In this document: positions 38,267 through 47,110 of the stretch, piece by piece
Layout of the letters: every line of letters begins with the position of its first letter
Numbering within the stretch: position 1 is the first letter of the stretch
Assembly (NCBI GenBank): GCA_963755675.1
Contig: CAVWLK010000062.1
Coordinates: forward strand, 256,445-320,444
DNA: 64,000 bases
Origin: an uncultured Actinomycetes bacterium
GTDB lineage: Bacteria; Actinomycetota; Thermoleophilia; Gaiellales; JAICJC01
Direction: 5' to 3'
Notes under the pieces: generated by a model
Told to the model about the DNA's origin: nothing
Seen by the model: only the letters and a program-made list of their open reading frames with translations
Database searches by the model: none
Made by a program: the position numbers and the translations under genes

Positions 38267-39529
38267 ATGCGTCAGAGCATCAACTTCGGGCGAATCGCCG
38301 GCATCCCGATCGGCGCAAGCTGGACATGGCTGCCCGTGTTCGTTCTGATCGTCTGGACCGGCGCAGCCGACTTCTTCCCGCACTGGAACCCGGGCCTCTC
38401 GACCGGCGCCTACGTGGCGATGGCCGTCGCCGAAGCGGTGCTGTTCTTCGTTGCGCTGCTGCTGCACGAGCTCGGCCACGCGCTGCGCGCCCGCCGGGAG
38501 GGCCTTCGCGTGAACGGCATCACCCTGTGGCTGTTCGGCGGCGCCGCCCGCTTCACCGGTGAGTTTCCCAACCCGGGAGTCGAGCTGCGGGTGGCTCTGG
38601 CCGGCCCGTTCGTGACCTTCGTGATCGGCGGCGCCTCGTTGCTTGCCGCGTGGCAGCTGTCGCTGCCCTCGACGGTGGACGGCGTGGTCTTCTGGCTGGG
38701 CGTGCCTTGCATGGTGCTGCTCGCGTTCAACCTGATACCCGCCTACCCGCTGGACGGAGGGCGAGTCCTCCACGCGCTGCTTTGGGCCTGGCGCCACGAC
38801 CGCCGGCGCGCGACGCAGGTATCGACCGCCGTCGGCCGCGGCTTCGGCTATCTGCTGATCGGCGGCGGCATCCTGCTGATCTTGGACACCGGCCGCGCCG
38901 AAGGGTTGTGGCTGGGGGTGATGGGCTGGTTCTTGCTCGGCGCCGCGACGGGCGAATCGCGCAGCGAGACGGTGCGAGACGCGCTGCAGGGCCTGACCGT
39001 GGCCGACGTGATCGAGCGCGATCCGATCTGCGTCCTCCCCACCCTGACCCTCGACAAGTTCTTCGAGGCGATCGAGTGGCAGCAGCGGCATACGACATAC
39101 CCCGTCTTCGACGGCGAGCGGGTGGTCGGGCTGTTGCCGCTGGGACGCGTGATGTCGATCCCCCGTGAGAGGTGGCCCGAGACGCGGATCGAGTCGGAGA
39201 TGGTTCCTCTGTCGGACGTCGTGCTGCTGCGTGAGCAGGCACCACTGGGAGAGGCGATCGGAGACCTGGCGGCCAGCGATCTGCAGCGCGGCCTGGTGAT
39301 CGAGGACGGCAGGCTGGTCGGCCTGGTCTCGGTGTCGGACATCGCGCGCGCATTCGAGCGCCGCGTCAGAATGCTCGTAGGATCCCGCCATGGACGCGTC
39401 AAAGCTGAAGTCGCTCGACCTGTTCTCGTCTCTCTCCGACGACGAACGGGAGCGGATCGCCCAGTGGACGGACGAGATCGAGATCGAGACCGGACACCAC
39501 CTGATCCGCAAGGATGGGTTCAGCTATGA
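38267..39529 (+). CDS. M50 site-2 protease with tandem CBS domains
   Basis: Contains HELGHAL (HExxH), NLIPAYPLDGGR, then two CBS-like blocks. The 3' end overlaps the next gene by 140 nt and is therefore suspect. Confidence 0.85.
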   Translation: MRQSINFGRIAGIPIGASWTWLPVFVLIVWTGAADFFPHWNPGLSTGAYVAMAVAEAVLFFVALLLHELGHALRARREGLRVNGITLWLFGGAARFTGEFPNPGVELRVALAGPFVTFVIGGASLLAAWQLSLPSTVDGVVFWLGVPCMVLLAFNLIPAYPLDGGRVLHALLWAWRHDRRRATQVSTAVGRGFGYLLIGGGILLILDTGRAEGLWLGVMGWFLLGAATGESRSETVRDALQGLTVADVIERDPICVLPTLTLDKFFEAIEWQQRHTTYPVFDGERVVGLLPLGRVMSIPRERWPETRIESEMVPLSDVVLLREQAPLGEAIGDLAASDLQRGLVIEDGRLVGLVSVSDIARAFERRVRMLVGSRHGRVKAEVARPVLVSLRRRTGADRPVDGRDRDRDRTPPDPQGWVQL

Positions 39530-39800
39530 GTTCTTCGTCATCCTCGAGGGGACGGCCGAGGCGATGGACGGCGACATCCATCTGGCGGACATGACAGCCG
39601 GCGACTTCTTCGGCGAGATCGGCATCGGGCACAGCCCCCGGCGCACGGCGTCAGTGCGGGCCACCTCTCCGATGCGGCTGCTGGTGATGGGTCGGCCGCA
39701 GTACCTGTCGATGGAGTCGCAGCTGCCGTCCGTCGCGGAGCGCATCAAGGCGCGGATTGCCGAGCGGATGGAGAACAGCCGGCTGAGCCAGCTGCGCTGA
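39390..39800 (+). CDS. stand-alone cyclic-nucleotide-binding domain protein
   Basis: Contains FFGEIGIG...RRTASVRA, the cNMP phosphate-binding cassette. No DNA-binding domain. Confidence 0.8.
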   Translation: MDASKLKSLDLFSSLSDDERERIAQWTDEIEIETGHHLIRKDGFSYEFFVILEGTAEAMDGDIHLADMTAGDFFGEIGIGHSPRRTASVRATSPMRLLVMGRPQYLSMESQLPSVAERIKARIAERMENSRLSQLR

Positions 39801-39886
39801 GCGCCGTTACACGATCGTCACGTTCCGTCGGGAACCCCGGTGGGACAATCGGCGTCTATACCCGAGTCGACTCACCTGGGGGATCC

Positions 39887-41311
39887 ATGCGCCGCTCGCT
39901 GTTCGTGCTCATCGCCCTGCTGACCGCGGCGCTGGCGGTGTCACCCGCTGTCCCGGCGTCGGCGGCGTCCGGCGAGCCACATCTGCGGCTGTTCGCGGCG
40001 TCTGACTCGATCGTCCTCAACAAGTACGGCACGGAACCGGTGCGGCTCGACGTAGGCGCCTACCTGTCCGCCACCGGTGCGGACTTCGAGCTCCTGGCCA
40101 CCCGCAGCTACGGCCGGACGATCGAGGTCAGCCAGGTCGTCGGGCACTCCCGGCGAGCGCTGCCGGACGGCGTCGCCGATGGGTGGAACGGCCTGTCCGG
40201 GTTTCTCCAGTTCACGGTGCTCAACTCGTCGGGAGGCCTTGTCGCCAAGCGCCTCGTCACGTTCTGCCCCGATCAGTGGAACCGGCAGCGGGTGAGCGAC
40301 AACGGCCCGCTGACACCCCGGTTCCCCACGTTCTGCGCCTCGAATCCGTTCTCGCTTGGCATGGTCTGGGGCATCGACCACGGCTGGGCGGACAGTCTGG
40401 GCGACAGCGCGCCCGACCTGCGGCTGGCCCCCGGCAAGTACCAGGTCGCGGTGCGGATCCCCGCGGCGTACGCCGACATGTTCGGCATCGCACCGGCCGA
40501 CGCGGTCACGCGGGTCGCCGTGACCGTCCGCAACTCCACCGGCGGTGGCTGTCCGCCGTTCTGCGCGGCGCACAAGACGGCCACCGACGACGGTGCGCAG
40601 CCGACATCGGTGCCCACTCTTACCAACCCCGCCCCCGACACGGTGCCCGACCTGGCGGCGGTGCCGGCATGGAGCATCGGCATCGAGCACGTGAACAGCC
40701 GTGACTTCGTGGACTTCGCCGCCACCGTCTGGGACGCAGGACCGGCGCCGATGGTGGTCGAGGGATTCCGGCGCAGCGACAGCAACGTGATGGACGCCTA
40801 CGAGTACTTCTTCCGGGACGGTGTCGCGGTTGGCCGTGCCCCGGCCGGCACGATGGTCTACGACGCACGCCCCGGCCACCAGCACTGGCACTTCGAGCAG
40901 TTCGCGCGCTACTCACTGCTCGCCTCCGACCACACCAGCATCGTGCGCAGCCGGAAGGAGGCGTTCTGCCTCGCACCCACGGATGCGCTCGACCTCACCG
41001 TGCCAAACGCCGAGTGGAACCCGTACTCGATCGGGCTGACCGGCGCCTGCGGCGATGCGGGCTCGATCTGGGTGCGAGAGACGCTCCCGGTCGGCTGGGG
41101 CGACACCTACTTTCAGTCCTTGCCGGGCCAATCGTTCGACATCACGACCGTGGCCAACGGCACCTACTTCATCGAGGTGCGAGCCAACCCGCTCGGGCTG
41201 CTGAAGGAGGCGAACACGTCCAACAACGTGCGACTGCGCGAGATCGTGCTGGGAGGAACCCCCGGACACCGAACGATCGACGTGCCGGCATGGCGGGGTA
41301 TCGACGCCTAG
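39887..41311 (+). CDS. secreted lysyl-oxidase-like (LOX family) copper amine oxidase homologue
   Basis: Signal peptide present. HQHWH at 40877-40891 matches the LOX HQHYH motif. RKEAFCL matches HKASFCL, and GDTYFQ...QSFDIT...GTYFIEVRANP...NTSNNV parallels the LOX catalytic domain. Confidence 0.8.
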   Translation: MRRSLFVLIALLTAALAVSPAVPASAASGEPHLRLFAASDSIVLNKYGTEPVRLDVGAYLSATGADFELLATRSYGRTIEVSQVVGHSRRALPDGVADGWNGLSGFLQFTVLNSSGGLVAKRLVTFCPDQWNRQRVSDNGPLTPRFPTFCASNPFSLGMVWGIDHGWADSLGDSAPDLRLAPGKYQVAVRIPAAYADMFGIAPADAVTRVAVTVRNSTGGGCPPFCAAHKTATDDGAQPTSVPTLTNPAPDTVPDLAAVPAWSIGIEHVNSRDFVDFAATVWDAGPAPMVVEGFRRSDSNVMDAYEYFFRDGVAVGRAPAGTMVYDARPGHQHWHFEQFARYSLLASDHTSIVRSRKEAFCLAPTDALDLTVPNAEWNPYSIGLTGACGDAGSIWVRETLPVGWGDTYFQSLPGQSFDITTVANGTYFIEVRANPLGLLKEANTSNNVRLREIVLGGTPGHRTIDVPAWRGIDA

Positions 41312-41323
41312 CCAGCGGGCTGT

Positions 41324-42592
41324 TTACATCAACGAGAACACGCCCAGCGAGACAACGCAGAGCGTGATCAGCACGATCGCGGTGATCACAACCAACGATG
41401 CGACCGGGCCGTTGGCATGCTCGCCCATCACCTCCCGATCGCTGGCTATGCGGTGCACGAACACGAGCAGGGGCAGGAGCAATACCGCGTTCAGCACCTG
41501 AGACAGGAACAGGATCGGCACCAGCGGCGCGGACGGCACAAGCACGAAACCGGCCGAGATGACGACCACGAACCCGTACGTGATGTAGAAGACAGGCGCA
41601 TCGGCAAAACGGTCGTTGAGGGCGGCCTCGTCTCCCAATGCCTCGCTCACAGAGTAGGCGGTCGAGAGCGGCAGGATCGACGCGGCCAGCAGCGAGGCGC
41701 CCAGCAGGCCGACGCCGAACAGCGTCGCGGCCAGCCCACCGGCCAGCGGATCGAGCGCCACGGCCGCGTCGCGGGCGTCCTGGATCGACCTTCCCTCGAC
41801 GTGCAGGGTGGCAGCACAGGCCACCACCACGAACACCCCGATCACACCGGTCAGGATGGCGCCCGTGATCACGTCGATTCGCTCGTAGTGAAGATCCTCG
41901 GGCTTCAGGCGCTTGTCGACGGCGTAGCTCTGAATGAACGCGAGGCCCCACGGGGCGAGCGTCGTGCCCACGGTGGCGGTCGCCGCCAGCAGCGCGGCGC
42001 GACTGGCCGGCATGCTCGGCACCACCAAGCCGCGGGCCGCGGCGCTCCAGTCGGGGCCGGCCAGAAACCCGGAGGCGATGTAGGCCACGAACACCGTCGA
42101 GAGCGCCAGCAGCAGCCGCTCGATGCGGCGGAACGACCCGCGCAGCACGAGCAGCGAGACGCCCACGGCGGCGATCGGAACGCTCAGCATCCTGGGTATA
42201 CCGGCCAGTTCCCCGGCGGCGGCAACGCCGGCGAACTCGGCGCACGTCGTGCCGACGTTTGCGATCAGCAGCGCGAGCAGCGAGACCGCCGCCCAACGAA
42301 CCCCGTACCGCTCGCGGATCAGGCCTGCCAGCCCCTGCCCGGTGATCACGCCCAGCCGCGCCCCGATCTCGTGGAAGAGCACGAGCGCCATCGTCGAGAG
42401 CAGCAGCACCCACAGCAGCGTGTAGCCGTAGTTCGCCCCGAGGATCGAGTAGGTCGTGATACCGGGGGCGTCATCGTCGGACAGCCCGGCCAGCAGGCCG
42501 GGGCCGACCACGGCCATCAGCGCGACCAGGCCGGCTGTCCTACCGATTCGAACGCCGGCCACGGTGAGGGAAGAGGCGCGGTCGATGGGCAT
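41324..42592 (-). CDS. NRAMP family divalent metal transporter
   Basis: Contains GPGLLAGLSDDDAPGITT and TVGTTLAPWGLAFIQS, with about 11 TM segments. An alternative start lies at 42517. Confidence 0.9.
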   Translation of the reverse strand: MPIDRASSLTVAGVRIGRTAGLVALMAVVGPGLLAGLSDDDAPGITTYSILGANYGYTLLWVLLLSTMALVLFHEIGARLGVITGQGLAGLIRERYGVRWAAVSLLALLIANVGTTCAEFAGVAAAGELAGIPRMLSVPIAAVGVSLLVLRGSFRRIERLLLALSTVFVAYIASGFLAGPDWSAAARGLVVPSMPASRAALLAATATVGTTLAPWGLAFIQSYAVDKRLKPEDLHYERIDVITGAILTGVIGVFVVVACAATLHVEGRSIQDARDAAVALDPLAGGLAATLFGVGLLGASLLAASILPLSTAYSVSEALGDEAALNDRFADAPVFYITYGFVVVISAGFVLVPSAPLVPILFLSQVLNAVLLLPLLVFVHRIASDREVMGEHANGPVASLVVITAIVLITLCVVSLGVFSLM

Positions 42593-43088
42593 GTGCGGCC
42601 GCCAGGTGGCCTTGGGCCCGCTCAGGATCGGTGGCCAGCACGAGCGAGTGGCCCCGCCTCGAGAGCGGGTGGAGCTCGCTCCAGGCGAGGGTGCGGCCGC
42701 GCGCCCGCCGCGAGGCGCGGGGAAGGCCGAGCCGGCGAAGTACAGGAGCGAGCCCGGCCTCGATCGCCGACACGACAAGCGCGCCGTCGGACATCTCCAG
42801 CACGACGTCCCCGACGCGGCTGATCCGGTGCCCCGCGATGTCGTACACCTGCGTGTCGAGCACGTCGCGCACCAGCCACAAGCCATCCACCTCGCTGCCC
42901 TCGCCGATCGCCGGCGCCGCCGGATCGAACCCGGTGGCCACCGGCCGTACGACGTGGTCACCGCGGAGCACGACACCGACAACGGGCGGCCGCTCGCGAT
43001 CGACCGCGACGACCAGATCGTGCAGTCGCCCGGCCGAACGGCCCTGGTGATCGATCACCTCGAGGCCCAGCAACTCGGTCAGAAGCAT
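42540..43088 (-). CDS. PRC-barrel-like domain protein
   Basis: LLGLEVIDHQGRSAGRLHDLVV pattern. The 3' end overlaps the NRAMP start by 53 nt. Confidence 0.55.
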   Translation of the reverse strand: MLLTELLGLEVIDHQGRSAGRLHDLVVAVDRERPPVVGVVLRGDHVVRPVATGFDPAAPAIGEGSEVDGLWLVRDVLDTQVYDIAGHRISRVGDVVLEMSDGALVVSAIEAGLAPVLRRLGLPRASRRARGRTLAWSELHPLSRRGHSLVLATDPERAQGHLAAAHAHRPRLFPHRGRRSNR

Positions 43089-43128
43089 CGGCGGCGCCAG
43101 CCTACTGAACGCAGCGGTCGCCGCCCGG

Positions 43129-43563
43129 TCAGTCCCCGCGCTCCATCAGGCGCGGGCTGGGAGCGCCGAACCCGAACCGCCGATACAGCTCGTGGGCGTC
43201 CCCGGTGTGCAACAACCAGCGGACGTTCCATCCCGCGGCCTCGACCATCTCCCGCACCAGCTCCTCGCCCAGGCCACGGCCGCGGTGGTCGGGCAGCACG
43301 TAGACGTCGGCCAGGTAGGCAAACGAGACGCCGTCCGAGACCGCCCTGCAGAAGCCGACCTGCTGTCCGTGGTGATACAGCCCCACCACGCGCGTGGCCT
43401 GCCGTACCAGCCGCTCAACCGTCTCGCGCGGCCGCCCCGCCGCCCAGTAGGAGTGAAAGGCGAGGAAGTCGTGCACGGCGTCCAGGTCGACGCGCTGCGC
43501 ATCGTCGTCCAGCTCGTAGCCTTCGGGGAGCAGCCGTCGCACCGGCCAAAACGTAGCCCACAT
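43129..43563 (-). CDS. GNAT family N-acetyltransferase
   Basis: Contains LPDHRGRGLGEELVREM and YRRFGF. Confidence 0.8.
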   Translation of the reverse strand: MWATFWPVRRLLPEGYELDDDAQRVDLDAVHDFLAFHSYWAAGRPRETVERLVRQATRVVGLYHHGQQVGFCRAVSDGVSFAYLADVYVLPDHRGRGLGEELVREMVEAAGWNVRWLLHTGDAHELYRRFGFGAPSPRLMERGD

Positions 43564-43649
43564 GGCTGATCGAGGGCCTGGGTTCGACCCGTCCGCCACG
43601 GACAGACTCGGATTTTCGCCGCAGCTCCCGCGGGTATCATCGCCGGCAG

Positions 43650-44297
43650 ATGGCCGCCCACCGACATCCGCCGGCGGTCGTGGCGCGGTCCGCGACTGCC
43701 GCCGACCTCGACCGCGTCACCGACATCCTGGCCACCTCGTTCTACGGCGACCCGACCTGGGGCCCACTGTTTGGCGAGGGCGATGGCAGGCAGCGTGCAA
43801 TGGCCGTTCTGCTCGGGTTCATGGCCGGAAGCGCCCTGCGCTTCCCATGGGTGCTGTTGAGCGAGGAGCGCGAGTCGGTGGCGGTGTGGATCCCGCCGGG
43901 CGAGGACGAGCTGACGGCCGAGCAGCTCGACCCGTTCGAGCGTCTGATCCATGAGCAGTGCGGAAGCGGTGCCGGCGACGTGCTGGAGGCGTTGGAGGAA
44001 TTCGAGCGGGCGCGTCCGCAGCGGCCGCACTTCTACCTCTCGCTGCTGGGCACCCACGACGACAGCCGCGGCCGGGGCATCGGCATGGGATTGCTGGCCG
44101 AGACCCTGCGCCGCATCGATGCGCTCGGCATGCCCAGCTACCTGGAGTCCACCAACCCGGCCAACGACGAGAACTATCGCCGGCAGGGGTTTGAACGGGT
44201 GGGGTCGTTCACGGTTCCAACCGGCGCGGTTGTGACGACGATGTGGCGCGAGCCGAGGGATGCAGCAGCGGAACCAGCGGCCTCCAGCCCGCCCTGA
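43650..44297 (+). CDS. GNAT family N-acetyltransferase
   Basis: Contains DDSRGRGIGMGLLAETL and YRRQGFERVG. Confidence 0.8.
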   Translation: MAAHRHPPAVVARSATAADLDRVTDILATSFYGDPTWGPLFGEGDGRQRAMAVLLGFMAGSALRFPWVLLSEERESVAVWIPPGEDELTAEQLDPFERLIHEQCGSGAGDVLEALEEFERARPQRPHFYLSLLGTHDDSRGRGIGMGLLAETLRRIDALGMPSYLESTNPANDENYRRQGFERVGSFTVPTGAVVTTMWREPRDAAAEPAASSPP

Positions 44298-44876
44298 GCA
44301 CCTCCACCAGCGACGGAGGGGTGATCACCGTGGTGCGCTCAACGGCCGGCCTCGGCTCGCCGGCCGCGTAGCCGCCGGCCGACCACGTCAGCAGCCGATC
44401 GCCGGCTACCAGACAGGGCCGTCCCTCGCGCAGCACGAACGTCCCGTCCGGCAGACCGGCCAGCGCGGCTTCGTGCAGCCGGCGTGCCCTTCCCGCGGCG
44501 TCCCACCGCTCACGATGCAGCGTGGCGTCGATCGCGTCGGCTCCCTCGTCGCGGGGATGCAGCGAGCGCCAGATCTCACCGAGGCGCACGTAGTCCTCAC
44601 GCCGGCAAAGCGCGCAGGCACGATGGCCGGCCGCCATCGCCGTGGCTTCGTCGAGGAAGAACAGCTCGGTGAAGCGTCCCGGCTGCAGCAGCGGCCGCGC
44701 AGCCATCCGCGAAACTCGAGCCGACACGCGATCCATCGGCGCCCGGCATGATGGCGGCGAATCCGGCCGTCCGCGTCGTGCAGGCAGCCGCGGTTGCCGT
44801 AGACGAGCCCGCGACCGGGGTCTGCGATCAGCTCGCCGAGCGGCGAGACGCGGTTCTGAAGCGGCCCCGCCGGCAT
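44209..44876 (-). pseudogene. conserved hypothetical protein, one frame break (~44700) as assembled
   Basis: The N-terminal MPAGPLQNRVSPLGELIADPGRGLVYGNRGCLHD lies in one frame. ...FTELFFLDEATAMAAGHRACALC... lies in another. The 3' end overlaps the convergent GNAT gene. Confidence 0.5.
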
Positions 44877-44919
44877 GGCTCGAGTGCTCGAGCCGCGGGT
44901 ACCGGACTACGATGGCGGC

Positions 44920-45797
44920 ATGCTGCGGGAGCTCCGACAGCACGACGCCGATGCCGTCGTCGCTCTGTACCGCGTTGCGTTCGGCGACGAGCGACCGATC
45001 GACGCGGCCGAGATCGTGTCCTGGGTGCAAAACCAGGAGCTGAAGCCGGAGTGGCTGCAGGTGCTCGAGGAAGACGGCCGCATCGTCGGATACGGCGACA
45101 TCGGATCCAGGATGACGAACTGGCGCTGGAGGTGGCCGCTCCCGGCCGCTGGCTGACGTTCATCGAATGGGCGGAGCGGCGCGCCCGCGGCGATGGCCTG
45201 CGGCACGTGCGGCTGTTCTTCCCGGCCGGCCACGAACTGGCGGGCATCCTCGAGCGGCGGGGCTACCGGCACTGGCGGTCAGCCTTCACGATGCACGTCG
45301 ACTTGGACGACGCGCCGCCCGAGCCACCCGATCTGCCGGCGGAGTTCGAGCTGCGCGGGTACCAGCCTGGCGACGAGGAGCCAATCCTCCGGACGCTGAA
45401 CGAGGCGTTTGTTCGCGACCCGTTCCATCACGAGGTCACGCCGCCGGCGTTTCGCGAGTTCCACCTCGAGAATCGCAGCTTCGATCCGGAGCTCTGGCGG
45501 CTGGCGTGGCGGGGAGGCGAGCTGGGCGGATTCGCACTGGCATACCCCGACAGCCCCGGCGAGCCAGATCTCGGCTGGATCTCGGTGCTCGGCGTCAGCC
45601 CATCGTGCAGGCGTCGCGGCCTGGGCGAGGCGCTGCTGCGGTCGGCCATGTGCGAACTTCACACCCGCGGCGTGCGCCGCGTCGGCCTCGGCGTCGACAC
45701 GGAGAACGAGACCGGCGCGCTACGGCTCTACGAGCGGGTCGGCATGCGCGCCGTTCGGCAGGGCGACAACTGGACGCTCGAGTTGCCCGGGCCCTGA
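44920..45797 (+). pseudogene. double-GNAT acetyltransferase (mycothiol synthase MshD-like architecture), one frame break (~45105) as assembled
   Basis: The N-terminal GNAT half lies in ORF 44875..45156. The second half lies in ORF 44748..45797 (VSPSCRRRGLGEALL, LYERVGM). Confidence 0.7.
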
Positions 45798-45805
45798 CTG
45801 TGGTC

Positions 45806-45847
45806 GTACCGCAGTGATGGTCCTTATTTGTACCGCTTGGGCGGTAC
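45806..45847. repeat. left copy of a ~42-bp repeat flanking the ATPase gene
   Basis: GTACCGCAGTG, then a 13-nt AT-richer spacer, then the palindrome GTACCGC-ttgg-GCGGTAC. Confidence 0.6.
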
Positions 45848-45854
45848 AGGCCCG

Positions 45855-47060
45855 CTACTCCTCGATTCCACCTCTGCGTTCTTCGATGTCCGCCAGCGGC
45901 GAGGCCCGCCGCAACCACTCGTTGAACAGCGGATCGACGATGTACCACTCGCCATCCCGCTGATCGACCAAACCACGGCCACGCAGCCGGCGCAGCGCCG
46001 GCACCACGCGGGAGTGACTGGAAAAGCCGTAGAGCGGCGCGAGCGCCCGGCCGGTCACGCCCGAGCCACCGCGATCGGCGAGCAGCTGCAGCGCGCGAAC
46101 CTCATTGACCTCGCCGTCATCGCCGTTCACGAGCACGTTCATCACGGAGGCGAACTCCGAGCGCTCGATCGAGTGCACCAGCCGCTCGTGCGCTCCGATC
46201 ACAGTCTCCAGCGTCACCCGCCCGCCCGCCGCGGTGCTCACCCAACACTCCCAGGCCAGCTGCTGGGTGCTGCGAGGATGCGACCGCGTCGAGTTGAGCA
46301 GGTACTCGAGCGCCTGCTCATCGGCCGGCTTGCCCGTGGCCTCGAACTGGTAGTCGAGATACTCGAGGAAGTCGACGCGCCTGATCGCCGGCAGCTGCAT
46401 CTCGGCCGCCTCTCCGAAGATCGGCTGCTGCGAATCCTCGAGCATCATCTTCAGCACGTTTCGGATCGACCCCGTGAAGAGCAGCGAGACATGGTTGGCG
46501 CCCGAGCTCATCAGCGCCGACCGGATGATGGCGAGCGGGTCACCGGGACAGTGCCGCAGTCGCTGGAACTCGTCGAACACGATCACGAGGTGCTCGGACA
46601 TCGCGCGAAGCGCCAGCAGCTGGGCGTGGAGCGTCTCCGCATCGCGCTCGCGAGCGGTGCCGGAGCGCTTCACGGAGCCCTTGATCACCCTGATGTCGAA
46701 ACCGATCTCCTTCTCCAGCGCGGCGATCTGGTGCTGACCCGCCCGGCGCAGCCGCTTCACCGGGTGGCCCGTCATGGCGTCGTGCACGCATCCGATGAAG
46801 CCCGGAATGCTCATCACTCGCTGGAGATTGATCCGCACCACGTCGAACGGCGGCGCGTAGTCTCCGTGTCGCTTCACGAGCTCCAACGCCAGCTGGTTGG
46901 TGAACGTGGTCTTGCCCGTGTCACGGGGACCGAACAGCGCGACGTTCGTCTGAGCCTTCAGCGTGAGAGCGACGTGATTGGCGAAGCTCTCCATGCCGAT
47001 GATCTTGGCCGGGTCGTCCAGCGGACGATCCCAGACGAAGGGATTCAGCGTCGTTGCCAC
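45855..47060 (-). CDS. AAA-type ATP-binding protein with C-terminal winged-helix-like region
   Basis: Walker A GPRDTGKTT and Walker B LVIVFDEFQ. The C-terminal ALRRLRGRGLVDQRDGEWYIVDPLF resembles a wHTH. GTG start. Confidence 0.85.
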   Translation of the reverse strand: MATTLNPFVWDRPLDDPAKIIGMESFANHVALTLKAQTNVALFGPRDTGKTTFTNQLALELVKRHGDYAPPFDVVRINLQRVMSIPGFIGCVHDAMTGHPVKRLRRAGQHQIAALEKEIGFDIRVIKGSVKRSGTARERDAETLHAQLLALRAMSEHLVIVFDEFQRLRHCPGDPLAIIRSALMSSGANHVSLLFTGSIRNVLKMMLEDSQQPIFGEAAEMQLPAIRRVDFLEYLDYQFEATGKPADEQALEYLLNSTRSHPRSTQQLAWECWVSTAAGGRVTLETVIGAHERLVHSIERSEFASVMNVLVNGDDGEVNEVRALQLLADRGGSGVTGRALAPLYGFSSHSRVVPALRRLRGRGLVDQRDGEWYIVDPLFNEWLRRASPLADIEERRGGIEE

Positions 47061-47069
47061 GCGCTCAGT

Positions 47070-47110
47070 GTACCGCAGAGTAAGACAGATCTGTACCGTC
47101 TAACCGGTAC
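47070..47110. repeat. right copy of the ~42-bp repeat flanking the ATPase gene
   Basis: GTACCGCAGAG, then a 12-nt spacer, then the palindrome GTACCG-tctaa-CCGGTAC. It overlaps the 3' end of the methyltransferase gene. Confidence 0.6.

Noticed and set aside
37730-39511. Very long antisense ORFs. Examples are 593 aa here, and also 5376..6557, 18471..20057, 41417..42823, 45828..47171 and 59250..61166.
   Set aside because: These are Arg/Pro/Gly/Ala-rich shadow frames, typical of high-GC DNA, lying opposite genes with clear homology. They carry no motifs of their own.
43570-43595. A tRNA-like T-arm (GGGTTCGACCC). A similar GGTTCGAACC occurs near 9850.
   Set aside because: No acceptor, D or anticodon arms can be drawn around either. 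The second lies inside a kinase coding frame.
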